Virus record (IMG/VR): IMGVR_UViG_3300035498_000877
Span: 225,235 to 289,234 of that record
Length of the DNA: 64,000 nt
Direction: 5' to 3' (one strand)
DNA from: a virus
Lineage: Duplodnaviria; Caudoviricetes
This document shows positions 41,426 to 51,432 of this stretch, piece after piece. The notes below the pieces were generated by a model. That model worked only from the letters and a program-made list of their open reading frames with translations. It was not told the origin of the DNA and searched no databases. A program made the translations under genes and the position numbers. Position 1 is the stretch's first letter, and each line of letters opens with the position of its first letter.

Positions 41426-43507
41426 ATGAGTGTCAAATCTAAATATATAAATGAAGTAACTAAAGTTGCTTTAAAGATAAGACCTGATCTGGATAAAGAT
41501 AAAGTTAAAAAATTAGCTGCCAGTTATACTGAACAGCACTGGAAAGATCCAACTGTAATATTATCTAATTCAGTTACAGGGCAAACTGATGAAACAACAT
41601 TTTCTGGATTATGTGATTGGATAGATCATCGAAATCCAAATCCAATAGTATCTGGTAATGCAACATTCTATCTACAACCAGAAGAACTTGAGTCACCAAC
41701 TTCTGGAATGTTACTTGCATTAAAGAGGGAAAGAAAAGCAGTTAAGAAAGAAATGTTTAAATTCAAAGAGGATTCAAATGAGTATGCTGATTTAGACCTT
41801 GATCAGCAGAATAAGAAAGTAATTATGAATGCTGACTATGGAGGATCAGGTACTCCAACTGCAGCATTCTATACTAAGGAAGCTCCTGCAGCTACTACAT
41901 TGATGGCTCAATCTATAATTACAACAATGGCTGCATTCTTTGAAAGCTGGTTAGGTGATAACCAGAAATTTTTCAGTATCAATGAATGTTATGATTGGAT
42001 GCAACGAGTTATTGAATTTAAACAGGATGAGAAAGTTCCAAAGTGGATATATGTTCCAAGTGCTAAAGAAACAGCTGATAGAATATTAAAACATTTCTAT
42101 ATTTTAAATAGAGATGATATTCCATTTATCAGAGATTATATTGACAATTGTTCAGAGCATGATAGAGTATTCCTATATTATGCAAATAATTATAGGGAGT
42201 TATTTAGTAGAAATCCAGCTACTGCTGACTATATTGCAAATATATTATCTAAGTTACCTAATTATGAATTATCAGAAAGAGATATTCCGAAGTTCATGAA
42301 CAAGGAAAGTGATAATCTGAAATTCAATAGTGTAAATGATTATAATAACTGGGTAACTGCTCAGATGTTTTTAGATCCTTCTAAGGTACCTGAACAAATA
42401 AAAGATGATCTTGATAAATTAAAAGACATATGTACTAGAATGTTATATGTTGAATATATAACTCCTGATTCTATAGAGAAGCTTAATAATCATAAACGAA
42501 ATACTGTATTGTTAGTAGATACAGATTCAAATATTATAAATGGTGATCTATTTGTATCTTATATACTTAATGATATATTCCATGGATATAATTTCGGAAG
42601 AGGTAAATTATATAATGAAATTATATTGATTAACGTATTGGCACAGATACTCGATATTGCTGTAGCAAATACCCTTGATTATTATGCTAGATGCCACAAT
42701 ATTGGTGAAGAAGCTAGAAAAGAATTATCTATGAAGAATGAGTTTATGTTCCGACGTTTGTTCTTGATGCTAAAGAAGAAGAGATATGCAGGTTCTATAG
42801 TAAGACGTGAAGGAAAGATAATGGTACCACAGAAATTAGAGATTAAGGGAATGGATTTCATAAAGTCTGGAGTATCTGATAATGTTTCGAAACGTTTTAC
42901 AAAAATGCTAGATGAGCATATATTGAATGCAGAAGATATTGATCTAAAAGGATTGATGAAAGATTTAAAGAACTTTGAAAAAGAGATATATGGAGATTTG
43001 AGAAATGGTGGAGTTACTTATTTAAAGCCTCAAATGTTTAAGGCAGAAAATGCATATAAAGATATAAAAGACAAAGAAGGCAATGTTATAAGAAGTCAGG
43101 CATGGTCACTTCCGGTATTCAGAGGTGCAATGGTTTGGAATGAGATATATCCAGAGAATAAAATATATTCATTAGATAGAGTTAATATTGCAAAGTTGGC
43201 AGTAACTGATATGCAATCTCTGGAAAGGATTAGATATAAATATCCTGACGACTATGATAGAATAGTAAAAGGTGTATTTAATTCAGATGATCCAAGAATT
43301 AGAAAAGCTGGTCTTAAGGTAATTAGTATTCCTGCATATATAACTAAGTTACCTGATTGGATAGTTGAATTATTGGATTATGATATAACTATATCTGACA
43401 CAATATCATCATTCAGATCTGTACTTGATGCATTGCATATTGAAGACTTTAAATTCAAAACTCCAAATGGTGATGCTTCAATTGTATCATGCATGATTAG
43501 TCTATAA
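41426..43507 (+). CDS. Family-B DNA polymerase, polymerase subunit (phiKZ-like)
   Basis: KKVIMNADYG, LVDTDS, KKRYAG, EIKGMD; no exonuclease domain recognised. Confidence 0.85.
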   Translation: MSVKSKYINEVTKVALKIRPDLDKDKVKKLAASYTEQHWKDPTVILSNSVTGQTDETTFSGLCDWIDHRNPNPIVSGNATFYLQPEELESPTSGMLLALKRERKAVKKEMFKFKEDSNEYADLDLDQQNKKVIMNADYGGSGTPTAAFYTKEAPAATTLMAQSIITTMAAFFESWLGDNQKFFSINECYDWMQRVIEFKQDEKVPKWIYVPSAKETADRILKHFYILNRDDIPFIRDYIDNCSEHDRVFLYYANNYRELFSRNPATADYIANILSKLPNYELSERDIPKFMNKESDNLKFNSVNDYNNWVTAQMFLDPSKVPEQIKDDLDKLKDICTRMLYVEYITPDSIEKLNNHKRNTVLLVDTDSNIINGDLFVSYILNDIFHGYNFGRGKLYNEIILINVLAQILDIAVANTLDYYARCHNIGEEARKELSMKNEFMFRRLFLMLKKKRYAGSIVRREGKIMVPQKLEIKGMDFIKSGVSDNVSKRFTKMLDEHILNAEDIDLKGLMKDLKNFEKEIYGDLRNGGVTYLKPQMFKAENAYKDIKDKEGNVIRSQAWSLPVFRGAMVWNEIYPENKIYSLDRVNIAKLAVTDMQSLERIRYKYPDDYDRIVKGVFNSDDPRIRKAGLKVISIPAYITKLPDWIVELLDYDITISDTISSFRSVLDALHIEDFKFKTPNGDASIVSCMISL

Positions 43508-43552
43508 AAAGATTATTAAACATGAACAATAAAGCAATTAATTAAAGGAGGT

Positions 43553-44317
43553 ATGGTACTAATGAACAAAAAGGATGAATTAAATCAAGAGAACCAAGAA
43601 AGTTCTCTTGATGAAGATCTAATTAATTATACTGATATAATTAAAGATTCTGCATTCCTTGGTGAATATCCATATGTATCTATAATGGAAGCAATCACTG
43701 GACAATTCAATGATTATGTTAAATTGGAAGATCCTGAGAATTATGTAGATATCTTTTATCAACAGTTACATGATTCCTATTATGCAGTTAATACAGATGA
43801 TGAAGAAGATCATCCTACTGAAAAGATAGAAGCATTAAATGATCTATATGAGAAGTTTGTAATTGAGATGAGAGATTTATTTAAAGCTCGATTGGAAATT
43901 ACAATATTAGATTGCGAGGATTACAACTTTACATCAGTAGATAAAAATGACATAGAATATGAAATCAGAACATTATACAATTATTTCATATTAAATGCTA
44001 AGGAGAATTTTAAGAATGCTATATCAAAAGATATTATTGAGCATGTAGATATCAGTGAAAGAGATGACAGGGAATTCTATAAATCAATAGACAATCAGAT
44101 GTATAGGTATACTCCATTATTTAGAACTATTAATCCACCACAATTTCTTGATATGACTGGTGGTAATGAAGTATTGGAGTTATATGAAGCATCTAAGGTA
44201 GTTGGTAATTTCTTAAAGAAATATTCTCCAAAGTTATATGCCAATGAGGAATTTAAAATGGAACTAGTTAGCTATATTGTAATGGCAACTACGATAACTG
44301 ATAATAATCCTGTATGA
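43553..44317 (+). CDS. Hypothetical protein
   Basis: 254-aa ORF with AAGGAGG. Confidence 0.75.
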   Translation: MVLMNKKDELNQENQESSLDEDLINYTDIIKDSAFLGEYPYVSIMEAITGQFNDYVKLEDPENYVDIFYQQLHDSYYAVNTDDEEDHPTEKIEALNDLYEKFVIEMRDLFKARLEITILDCEDYNFTSVDKNDIEYEIRTLYNYFILNAKENFKNAISKDIIEHVDISERDDREFYKSIDNQMYRYTPLFRTINPPQFLDMTGGNEVLELYEASKVVGNFLKKYSPKLYANEEFKMELVSYIVMATTITDNNPV

Positions 44318-44357
44318 GGATGATTATAGATTTTATTTTAAAAGGAGGAAATATGTT

Positions 44358-45059
44358 ATGGCAGCACAAACAAACACATCTACACAGATACGAAACATGT
44401 ATTCTGAAGGACTATCATACATGAATGTCAGATTCTATAATACTAGTCTTTCAATTCAGATGTCCCCATGTACTGGAAAAGATGCCAATGGTCGTATGCA
44501 ATATGATCGAAATGGTCAGCTAACTACGATCAATTATGATGGAGCATTTGCACTTTATGAAACCATCAAAGATATCATCAGTGAAAAGATAAATGAATGC
44601 AATTTATCTATTCCGTGTAATGGGGCTAATCTGATTCTAACTAGGCAGTTAGGAAATAATGGTATTGAAACTATACTTACTTTGAATAAAGCCAATGCTT
44701 CAATTCCATTTAAATTTGGTACACAACAAATACAAATCAAAGAAAATGGACAATTTGTTACTAAACAGATAGAGTCCCAGCTAGGTGCTTTCGGGAAAAT
44801 ACTCGAGGGATATTTGACAGGAATCAACGCTGATAGGCACCTTGATAAGTTAACAGATGACTATGTTAAATCTATCAATTCTTCTAATCAACAGCAAGAT
44901 GGTCAACAGCAATTCCAATCAAATAATTACAACAATAACTTTACAAAACCAAATGGGAATTATAAGTATAAGAACAATAATTACCGCAATAACAATGGTG
45001 GCAATAACTGGAATAAAAATGCACAGCAGCAATCTATGTCAACATATCAGTTGTCTTAA
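44358..45059 (+). CDS. Hypothetical protein with N/Q-rich tail (possible ssDNA-binding protein)
   Basis: Beta-rich-looking N-terminus, low-complexity C-terminus, next to the DNA polymerase; function speculative. Confidence 0.4.
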   Translation: MAAQTNTSTQIRNMYSEGLSYMNVRFYNTSLSIQMSPCTGKDANGRMQYDRNGQLTTINYDGAFALYETIKDIISEKINECNLSIPCNGANLILTRQLGNNGIETILTLNKANASIPFKFGTQQIQIKENGQFVTKQIESQLGAFGKILEGYLTGINADRHLDKLTDDYVKSINSSNQQQDGQQQFQSNNYNNNFTKPNGNYKYKNNNYRNNNGGNNWNKNAQQQSMSTYQLS

Positions 45060-45124
45060 AAAATAAAAGCATGTAAGTCAATTTTACATGCTTTTATTTT
45101 TTTATATAAGGGAAGGGATTATAT

Positions 45125-45880
45125 ATGATTAGTGATGGAAAGAAGTTTGATACAAATGTATTTTTTTCTGGTGGTGCTGGTATGTTTATACAATATCATG
45201 ATATTGTGAAACCAGCATATTTTTATGCCATCATTAAGATGATTTGTACTAATACGTCATATGGTCTTCCAATAGATATCATAAATAAAATGTCTGCATT
45301 TTCTTTGATAGAATGGTATAAAAATAGGAGATATAAAAATCCATTACAATGTTTAGACTTTAAACATTCGATACCTCAGGAAGATCTAGATAATCTATTA
45401 CAGCAAATTTTACTAACAGATGAGTCTATTTATAAGGTAGCTCCTGCACTCAATATTGAAAAAATGATGCAGGTATACCGTAGGGAGCATATGTCATTTC
45501 CAATCTATATCTATAGTGTCCAAGAAGAGCCATATATACTTACTGACTGTAAGGAAGTATTTAGGGGGATAAGTGTAAAATATATTTATGGAGATCTGAA
45601 GGAAGCAATTAAGAAATGTGATCAAAATTTCACTTATATATTTTCTGATATAGAGTTGGTAAAAATGGCAGCTGAGATACTTGTAGGTACATGCTCTCAT
45701 GTTTTATTAGCCCAAGATTATCGATATAATTATATTGATAATTTTAAGACATTAAAGTATGATCTGAAAAGTATAGCAGATGCTCATCCATTCATTCGGT
45801 TAGGCACCACAGTATCGATGAATTCTGCCGACTTAGCTATATCATTAATAGAGTTAATGGATATAGGAGGAGGATCATAA
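45125..45880 (+). CDS. Hypothetical protein
   Basis: 251-aa ORF; stop overlaps the next start (TAATG). Confidence 0.75.
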   Translation: MISDGKKFDTNVFFSGGAGMFIQYHDIVKPAYFYAIIKMICTNTSYGLPIDIINKMSAFSLIEWYKNRRYKNPLQCLDFKHSIPQEDLDNLLQQILLTDESIYKVAPALNIEKMMQVYRREHMSFPIYIYSVQEEPYILTDCKEVFRGISVKYIYGDLKEAIKKCDQNFTYIFSDIELVKMAAEILVGTCSHVLLAQDYRYNYIDNFKTLKYDLKSIADAHPFIRLGTTVSMNSADLAISLIELMDIGGGS

Positions 45881-48800
45881 TGTTACAAGTTAATGCACTA
45901 AAACCAACCGAGAAACCTGTTGAACAATTAAAACGTTGGAAGTACAAGAAACATGCATTTCCAAATGGAGCTGAATCATATTGGATTAAATGGAAATTAT
46001 ATCCAGATGATGCTAGATTTTTCTCTGCACCGAAAACGATGATAATTAAGTTCGACAAGGAATTGTCACACGTTAACAATGAAAACATCTCTGCACTCAA
46101 TGAGTGGAAAGTATCTAAAATATCCTATTCCACTTACCTACCAACTATGTGTGAAGAGTTGAATTTCTTTGAAACAATGTATGATCAGGAAGGAGAACTA
46201 ATCACAGCACTATTTAGAATTAAATACCTTATAGATGGAGATAATGTATCTTATACTATGAAGAACTTTGAAGCATTCAAAGATATTTGTTATAAGACTA
46301 TATTCACAGACTCCATCAAGGAAAAGATCATCAAGATGGTAGAAGAAAATTATGTTGATGACATTGAAGCTGAAAATATTAAAAACATGAAAAACCCAGA
46401 TATGTTATCTATTATGCAACGCAAAAAGAAATCATTAGAATTTCTGAATGTCCATGTAAAAGCAATGCTAAAGATATCATTCTGTATAAAAATATTGTCA
46501 TTTGTAATTAATCATTTTGCAGTAATGAGATCTATCAACATACAAAAGAATATAGATATCTTTTATCAATTCTATGTAGATACATTCTATATATTTGATT
46601 TTGATTTTGATATCTACAATAAGATATACGCCTGAAACACACGGGCATACTTCTTTAATTGCCGGAAGTTCCTTAGAGCCTAAATAACTGCAGCTAGTAG
46701 TGATATATAGTGTAGCAATATACATAACGGTATATGGATAGTAAAATCATTTAGGATTGGATAATCAAAGGCAGCTAAATAACTATTAATGATACGAATT
46801 ATATATTATAAAAGAAAGGAGGTTAAATATCATGAAAAATAAAGATAAATGTAAATTGATATGTCAAGATTGCGGAGCAGAATTCTACTTACAATATGGA
46901 TGGGTTAAGAAATTTCCATCTAATCATCATTGGAGATGTAAACATTGTAGAATCGAATATCATAAGTTATGGCATAAAAATATGGATCCTGAAAGAAAAG
47001 CTGCAGTATCTAAGAAAATGTCAGAAAGTGCAACAAAACGTTGGAAATCAATGACAGATGAAGAATATAAAAATATGTGCGAAGCTATGTCTAAAGGTGA
47101 TGTAAAATATTGGTCTAATTTGCTTGATGAAGAATATGAAGCTAGATGCAAAGTCAATCAAATGATTCAAGATAATTTATCTGATGAGAAAAAGAAAATT
47201 CGCTCAGAAAAGATATCAAAAGCTCAGGCAGAACGATGGAAAAATATGAGTGATGATATGTATGATTACATGTGTGAAAAATTATCCGAAGCAGCCCATT
47301 TGTATTGGGATAATATTACAGATGAAGAACTGAATAAACGAAAAGAAGATATGTCAATTAGATCTAAATCATTCTGGAAGAATATGACTAAGAAAGAATT
47401 TGAAGAATGGTGCATCAAACAAATGAAACGTCGAAAGGAAAACTTTACAAAGAATGAATTAGATTTTATGAAAATCTTGAATTTGTATAATATTAATTAT
47501 GAAGCACGTGTTTGTAGTACAATAATTCATCCAGATTTTTATAAATTATTTCCTAGAAATCCAATAATGGATAATGAACATGTAGTTCCATACCATGAAT
47601 GGGATTTCAAATTAAATTTAATAGATAAAAGTATATTTATTGATGTTGATGGGAGTATACATGATCCTCAAAAAACTAATTATCAAGTTGAATATTATAC
47701 TGGTAAGATGTTTAAAAAATCAGATTATATTCAATTCAATGATTCTCAAAGACCATATCAAACTGATGGTTTAGATTCATATATAATATTAGTTTATGAT
47801 GATAATTTAACTATGGATTGCATAGTTAAAAATGTATCCAATGATGATACAATGAAATTATCTGAATTTATTAGTTTGATTTATGCAAATAATTTGACAG
47901 ATAAAGAATTAAAAGAAATTATAAAAGTATCAAATAATAGTTAGAAGTTCAACGACTATCGACCAACTATAGTGTTCGAGAAATACGGCACCAATATAGT
48001 TAGTAGAGTACTTACCAAGCTAATGGGTTATATAACAATGGAATGGTTATATGTAAAAGGAAATGGGAAGCTAGAATATTAGTGATATAGTCTCAACGAC
48101 CAATAGGTCCTTCATACTTGAAATAGTATGTCGTTATGTGAGAGCATAAGCTGCATTAAGTTGCGATATACATTTTGCGAATGTATATGAAGATAATTGA
48201 TGTGGAGAACAAAGTAAACAGTTCTTACAATTTTAACAAAGCCATATTCCAACAACAAGAGATTGACTTTCAGTCTCACCTCTCATAATTGCGGAGAACT
48301 CTCGTTAAGTCAATACTACCAAATTACTATAGTGATATAAGTAATGGCAAGAGGTAATATCTCAAGGTATGGTAAAAAGGTATTGAATAGAGACAACCGT
48401 CGCAGCTAAATTAATCTAATAATTAATAGTTATATATTATTGAAAGAAAGGAGGTAATCAATATGATTAAAAAATTAAAAATTAAAAGTAACAATTCAAC
48501 CAAATCTACTAAAGATTCAGAATCATCAATGGAAGAACTATTGAAGTGTTCAGCATTTTCAGTTGATGAAGAAGCTGACTATATCAAAAAATTCTCATCA
48601 TTAACACCTGAGAAGAAAATTGCTTTACTTAACTATATCTTCAATGAATCTATTCCAGAGCAATTAAATATTCCATTTAAGAATCCATTCTATATTAGAG
48701 ATAAAGAATTTCTTAAAATGTATGAAGATGGATACAAAAATGAAGTATATGAAATGATAGTCATGAATGATTTGAAGAAAAGTGATTTAATGGCTACTCG

Positions 48801-50411
48801 TACATATGTAAGCAAAAAGGTAGATCCAAGATTTTATGAGTTATTTTCACCCAATCCAATATATCCAGCATTTGGAATGAGCCCAACATATTCATGGGAT
48901 ATCTTAGTACGTACTATAGACGGAGATATATTAGTTGATGTTGATGGTCCAATCCATAATGAAGAACTTGTTACCGATACACTCACTTATGATGACAAGT
49001 ATCAACTTAAAATTATTGATTATATTCGTCTTAAAGAATTACAGAGGTTATATCAAACTGATGGGCTACAAGCATATACAATAAGATGTATTAATGGAGA
49101 AATTACTGATGAAACTCCTGTAATTGATATTTATACAAATAAAGAAATGACTTATAAAAGTTTCATTGGATACTTAGAATGGACAAGTTTATCAATTGAA
49201 ACACGATCATGCATAATACTTGATGATGAAGAAGAATTAGATTAATATGTTCAACGACTATCGACCAGCTACGTATATGGACTAATAACCTATACAATGT
49301 AGTCAGTAGAGTAAATCCCAAATCACCAATGGGGACTGTAATTCTTGGAAGGAAACAGAGTAATTTGAAACGAGAGGCCCCGTATATTTAATAGTAGAAT
49401 ATACGGGGAAGATATAGTCTCAACAACCAATAGGTTCTTCAATTGTGGAATTCAATTGTCGTATGCCGAGAGGCATAGCAGAGTTAAAAGCTCGATATAC
49501 ATGTTGTGTATGTATATGAAGATATTTGTGAAGGCAAGGATAAAAGTATTATTATCGATCAGATACTCCGAAGGAACTGCGTAATCGATAATTTCATCAA
49601 ATTTTCCCTACCTAAGACATGGAATAAGGTTAAAGAGCAACCAAATGAGAGAGTACTATCATTCTTATGTAGTATTGTAAATACACATATATCAATTTTC
49701 ATTATGCAGGTGTTTAGAAGAAATCTCATCGAAACTTCAATAGTTCCTGATGTTGATGGAAATAGTAAGAATGATAGATACAGAGCTTCTAAGATGAAGC
49801 TAAATGAAGAATATGTAATCACATGTACTATGGATATGAATAATCTAACTAAGGATCTGTTTAAACGTTACGAAAGTGAAATATCTATAGAGGAATTAGA
49901 TTACTATCGAAGAAATCTAAAACCTAGTAGATTACATCAGCTGATGATAGAAATTTATTTCTTTAATTATACATCATCAGCATCAGAGTTTGCACTACTT
50001 CGAAATATGGATTGGTACAAGCTATTATTAATCATGAGAAAAGATATCATGAGAAGATTTAATGTTACAAAAGATTCGTTATTAGATTCATCACTGGTAC
50101 TATTATTGACATCTAATATTGAGGAAACACCAGTAGGTGAGAAAATGTATATTAAAGATACTAAGTATCTCAAAGACAATGAAACCTACAACTATCTTGT
50201 TGATCACTATTACAGTACTATCGTAAGTATCAACGAGGACATCATCAAGAAGTTTTTAATTACCTTCGTCAATAGTAAATATACATTCGTATTATATGAA
50301 CACAAAGAACTATTTGGCGAAGAGGTCTCAATGAATAAGAGAGATCTAATAGATCGTTTATTAGACTTCCTTGTTTTAGCAAATACCAACATATCGTTGG
50401 ATAACTTTTAA
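45880..50411 (+). CDS. Probable sigma-like promoter-specificity subunit of non-virion RNAP (AR9 gp226/phiKZ gp68-like); exons 45880-46633, 48200-48263, 49529-50411 (566 aa)
   Basis: Splicing gives one frame: ...YNKIYA|YVENKV...QQQEI|EGKDK. The N-terminal IKFDK..ISALNEW.VSK.SY pattern resembles my recollection of AR9 gp226; it lies near beta-prime. Confidence 0.65.
46802..46809 (+). promoter_or_regulatory. TATATT(A/C)T putative phage early promoter motif (representative of 11 copies)
   Basis: Also at 7574, 15535, 22285, 24422, 27930, 41392, 48433, 52478, 57749 (+) and 61552-61559 (-), each shortly upstream of an RBS; resembles the phiKZ early consensus TATATTAC. Confidence 0.6.
46832..47944 (+). 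CDS. Intron-encoded endonuclease (Zn ribbon, Trp-containing helical repeats, Vsr/EDxHD-like domain)
   Basis: CQDC/CKHC, repeated W(K/S/D)(N/S)(M/L/I)(T/S/L)DE units, EWDF...IDVDGSIHD. Confidence 0.7.
   Translation: MKNKDKCKLICQDCGAEFYLQYGWVKKFPSNHHWRCKHCRIEYHKLWHKNMDPERKAAVSKKMSESATKRWKSMTDEEYKNMCEAMSKGDVKYWSNLLDEEYEARCKVNQMIQDNLSDEKKKIRSEKISKAQAERWKNMSDDMYDYMCEKLSEAAHLYWDNITDEELNKRKEDMSIRSKSFWKNMTKKEFEEWCIKQMKRRKENFTKNELDFMKILNLYNINYEARVCSTIIHPDFYKLFPRNPIMDNEHVVPYHEWDFKLNLIDKSIFIDVDGSIHDPQKTNYQVEYYTGKMFKKSDYIQFNDSQRPYQTDGLDSYIILVYDDNLTMDCIVKNVSNDDTMKLSEFISLIYANNLTDKELKEIIKVSNNS
48264..49528 (+). mobile_element. Group I intron B with nuclease ORF
   Basis: GAGAT pairs with IGS GTCTC; TTCA can pair with 3' exon TGAA (P10); core elements present; terminal G at 49528. 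Confidence 0.88.
48463..49245 (+). CDS. Intron-encoded endonuclease, paralog of 46832
   Basis: SWDI...VDVDGPIHN...QRLYQTDGL matches EWDF...IDVDGSIHD...QRPYQTDGL. Confidence 0.7.
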   Translation: MIKKLKIKSNNSTKSTKDSESSMEELLKCSAFSVDEEADYIKKFSSLTPEKKIALLNYIFNESIPEQLNIPFKNPFYIRDKEFLKMYEDGYKNEVYEMIVMNDLKKSDLMATRTYVSKKVDPRFYELFSPNPIYPAFGMSPTYSWDILVRTIDGDILVDVDGPIHNEELVTDTLTYDDKYQLKIIDYIRLKELQRLYQTDGLQAYTIRCINGEITDETPVIDIYTNKEMTYKSFIGYLEWTSLSIETRSCIILDDEEELD

Positions 50412-50431
50412 ATGAAAGGATAACACAATAA

Positions 50432-51127
50432 ATGGAATACCTGAACATTTATTTCGATTCAGAATTTACTGGATTGAGAAAAGATACAGAGCTTATTAGT
50501 TTAGGATTCGTATCAGAAAGCGGGGCTACTTTCTATGCTGAATTCAATGACTTTAGTATGAAATATGTAGATGAATGGATAACAAAGAATGTTATAGATA
50601 ATCTAGTTATGTTCATAAAGAGTGTACGGGAATTAGGATTAGTAGATCCATATACTTGCTTTAAGAAAACTATCAATCATACTAATCATTATAACACTCA
50701 GATGTTATCAAATAAAACTAATATTGCTAATGAGCTACAAGATTGGCTAAACAATGAATACGCATTAGCAAATAAAGAAATCAGATTTATATCAGATTGC
50801 TATGCATATGACTGGATGTTATTATGTGATTTGATGTGTGATGATGGATGTGCAATCAATACTATTCCTAATACATCATATATTCCAATTGATCTATCTA
50901 CTATGCTGTATATGAATCAAATTGATCCAGATGTCAACAGAGAAGAATTTATTGGAAATGAAACATGTAATTCAATTGAAACAACAATGTTGAAGTTGAA
51001 ATTATTTGAACATACTAGTTTCAAATCAATTAAACATAATTCATTATGGGATGCATATGTAATCAAAGCAGCATGTGAGAAAGTAATTAGTATGCCCAGA
51101 GTAGTACCATGGGGTAGTTTGGGATAA
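50432..51127 (+). CDS. DEDDh 3'-5' exo(ribo)nuclease (Rv2179c-like)
   Basis: YFDSEFTGL, YDW, HNSLWDA. Confidence 0.85.
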   Translation: MEYLNIYFDSEFTGLRKDTELISLGFVSESGATFYAEFNDFSMKYVDEWITKNVIDNLVMFIKSVRELGLVDPYTCFKKTINHTNHYNTQMLSNKTNIANELQDWLNNEYALANKEIRFISDCYAYDWMLLCDLMCDDGCAINTIPNTSYIPIDLSTMLYMNQIDPDVNREEFIGNETCNSIETTMLKLKLFEHTSFKSIKHNSLWDAYVIKAACEKVISMPRVVPWGSLG

Positions 51128-51206
51128 ATAATTAAAATATAATAATGAGGCATTCATTAATTTGAATGCCTTATTATTTTAAAATCTTTTTAGGAGATAT
51201 AAAGGT

Positions 51207-51407
51207 ATGAAGAATGGTAAGAAGATTACTAGACAGCAGAGAAATGTATTGATTAAAAACAAAAGAGATCCTGAGAAATACCTATTTATCAAAGAAATTG
51301 TTAGGCAGCCAGGTAATGGCAGTCTTAACAAAGTTGACAAAAGTGTACATACAATGATTTTTTGGAACACAGAAACTGAGTGCCAGGAATCATTTGATGT
51401 AATATAA
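51207..51407 (+). CDS. Small basic hypothetical protein
   Basis: AGGAGA RBS; MKNGKKITRQQ start typical of small Firmicute phage proteins. Confidence 0.6.
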   Translation: MKNGKKITRQQRNVLIKNKRDPEKYLFIKEIVRQPGNGSLNKVDKSVHTMIFWNTETECQESFDVI

Positions 51408-51432
51408 AAAGCAAAGAAAGAAGGAATGCATT

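Larger units (their letters stand above)
46634..48199 (+). mobile_element. Group I intron A with nuclease ORF
   Basis: TACGCCT pairs with GGGCATA (one mismatch); AATTGCCGGAA, GCAGC, TTCAACGACTA, GATATAGTC; ends GATAATTG. Confidence 0.88.

Noticed and set aside
45880-50411. Chimallin (nuclear shell) assignment based on position between DNA polymerase and beta-prime
   Set aside because: The sequence resembles the sigma-like subunit instead; no chimallin features recognised.
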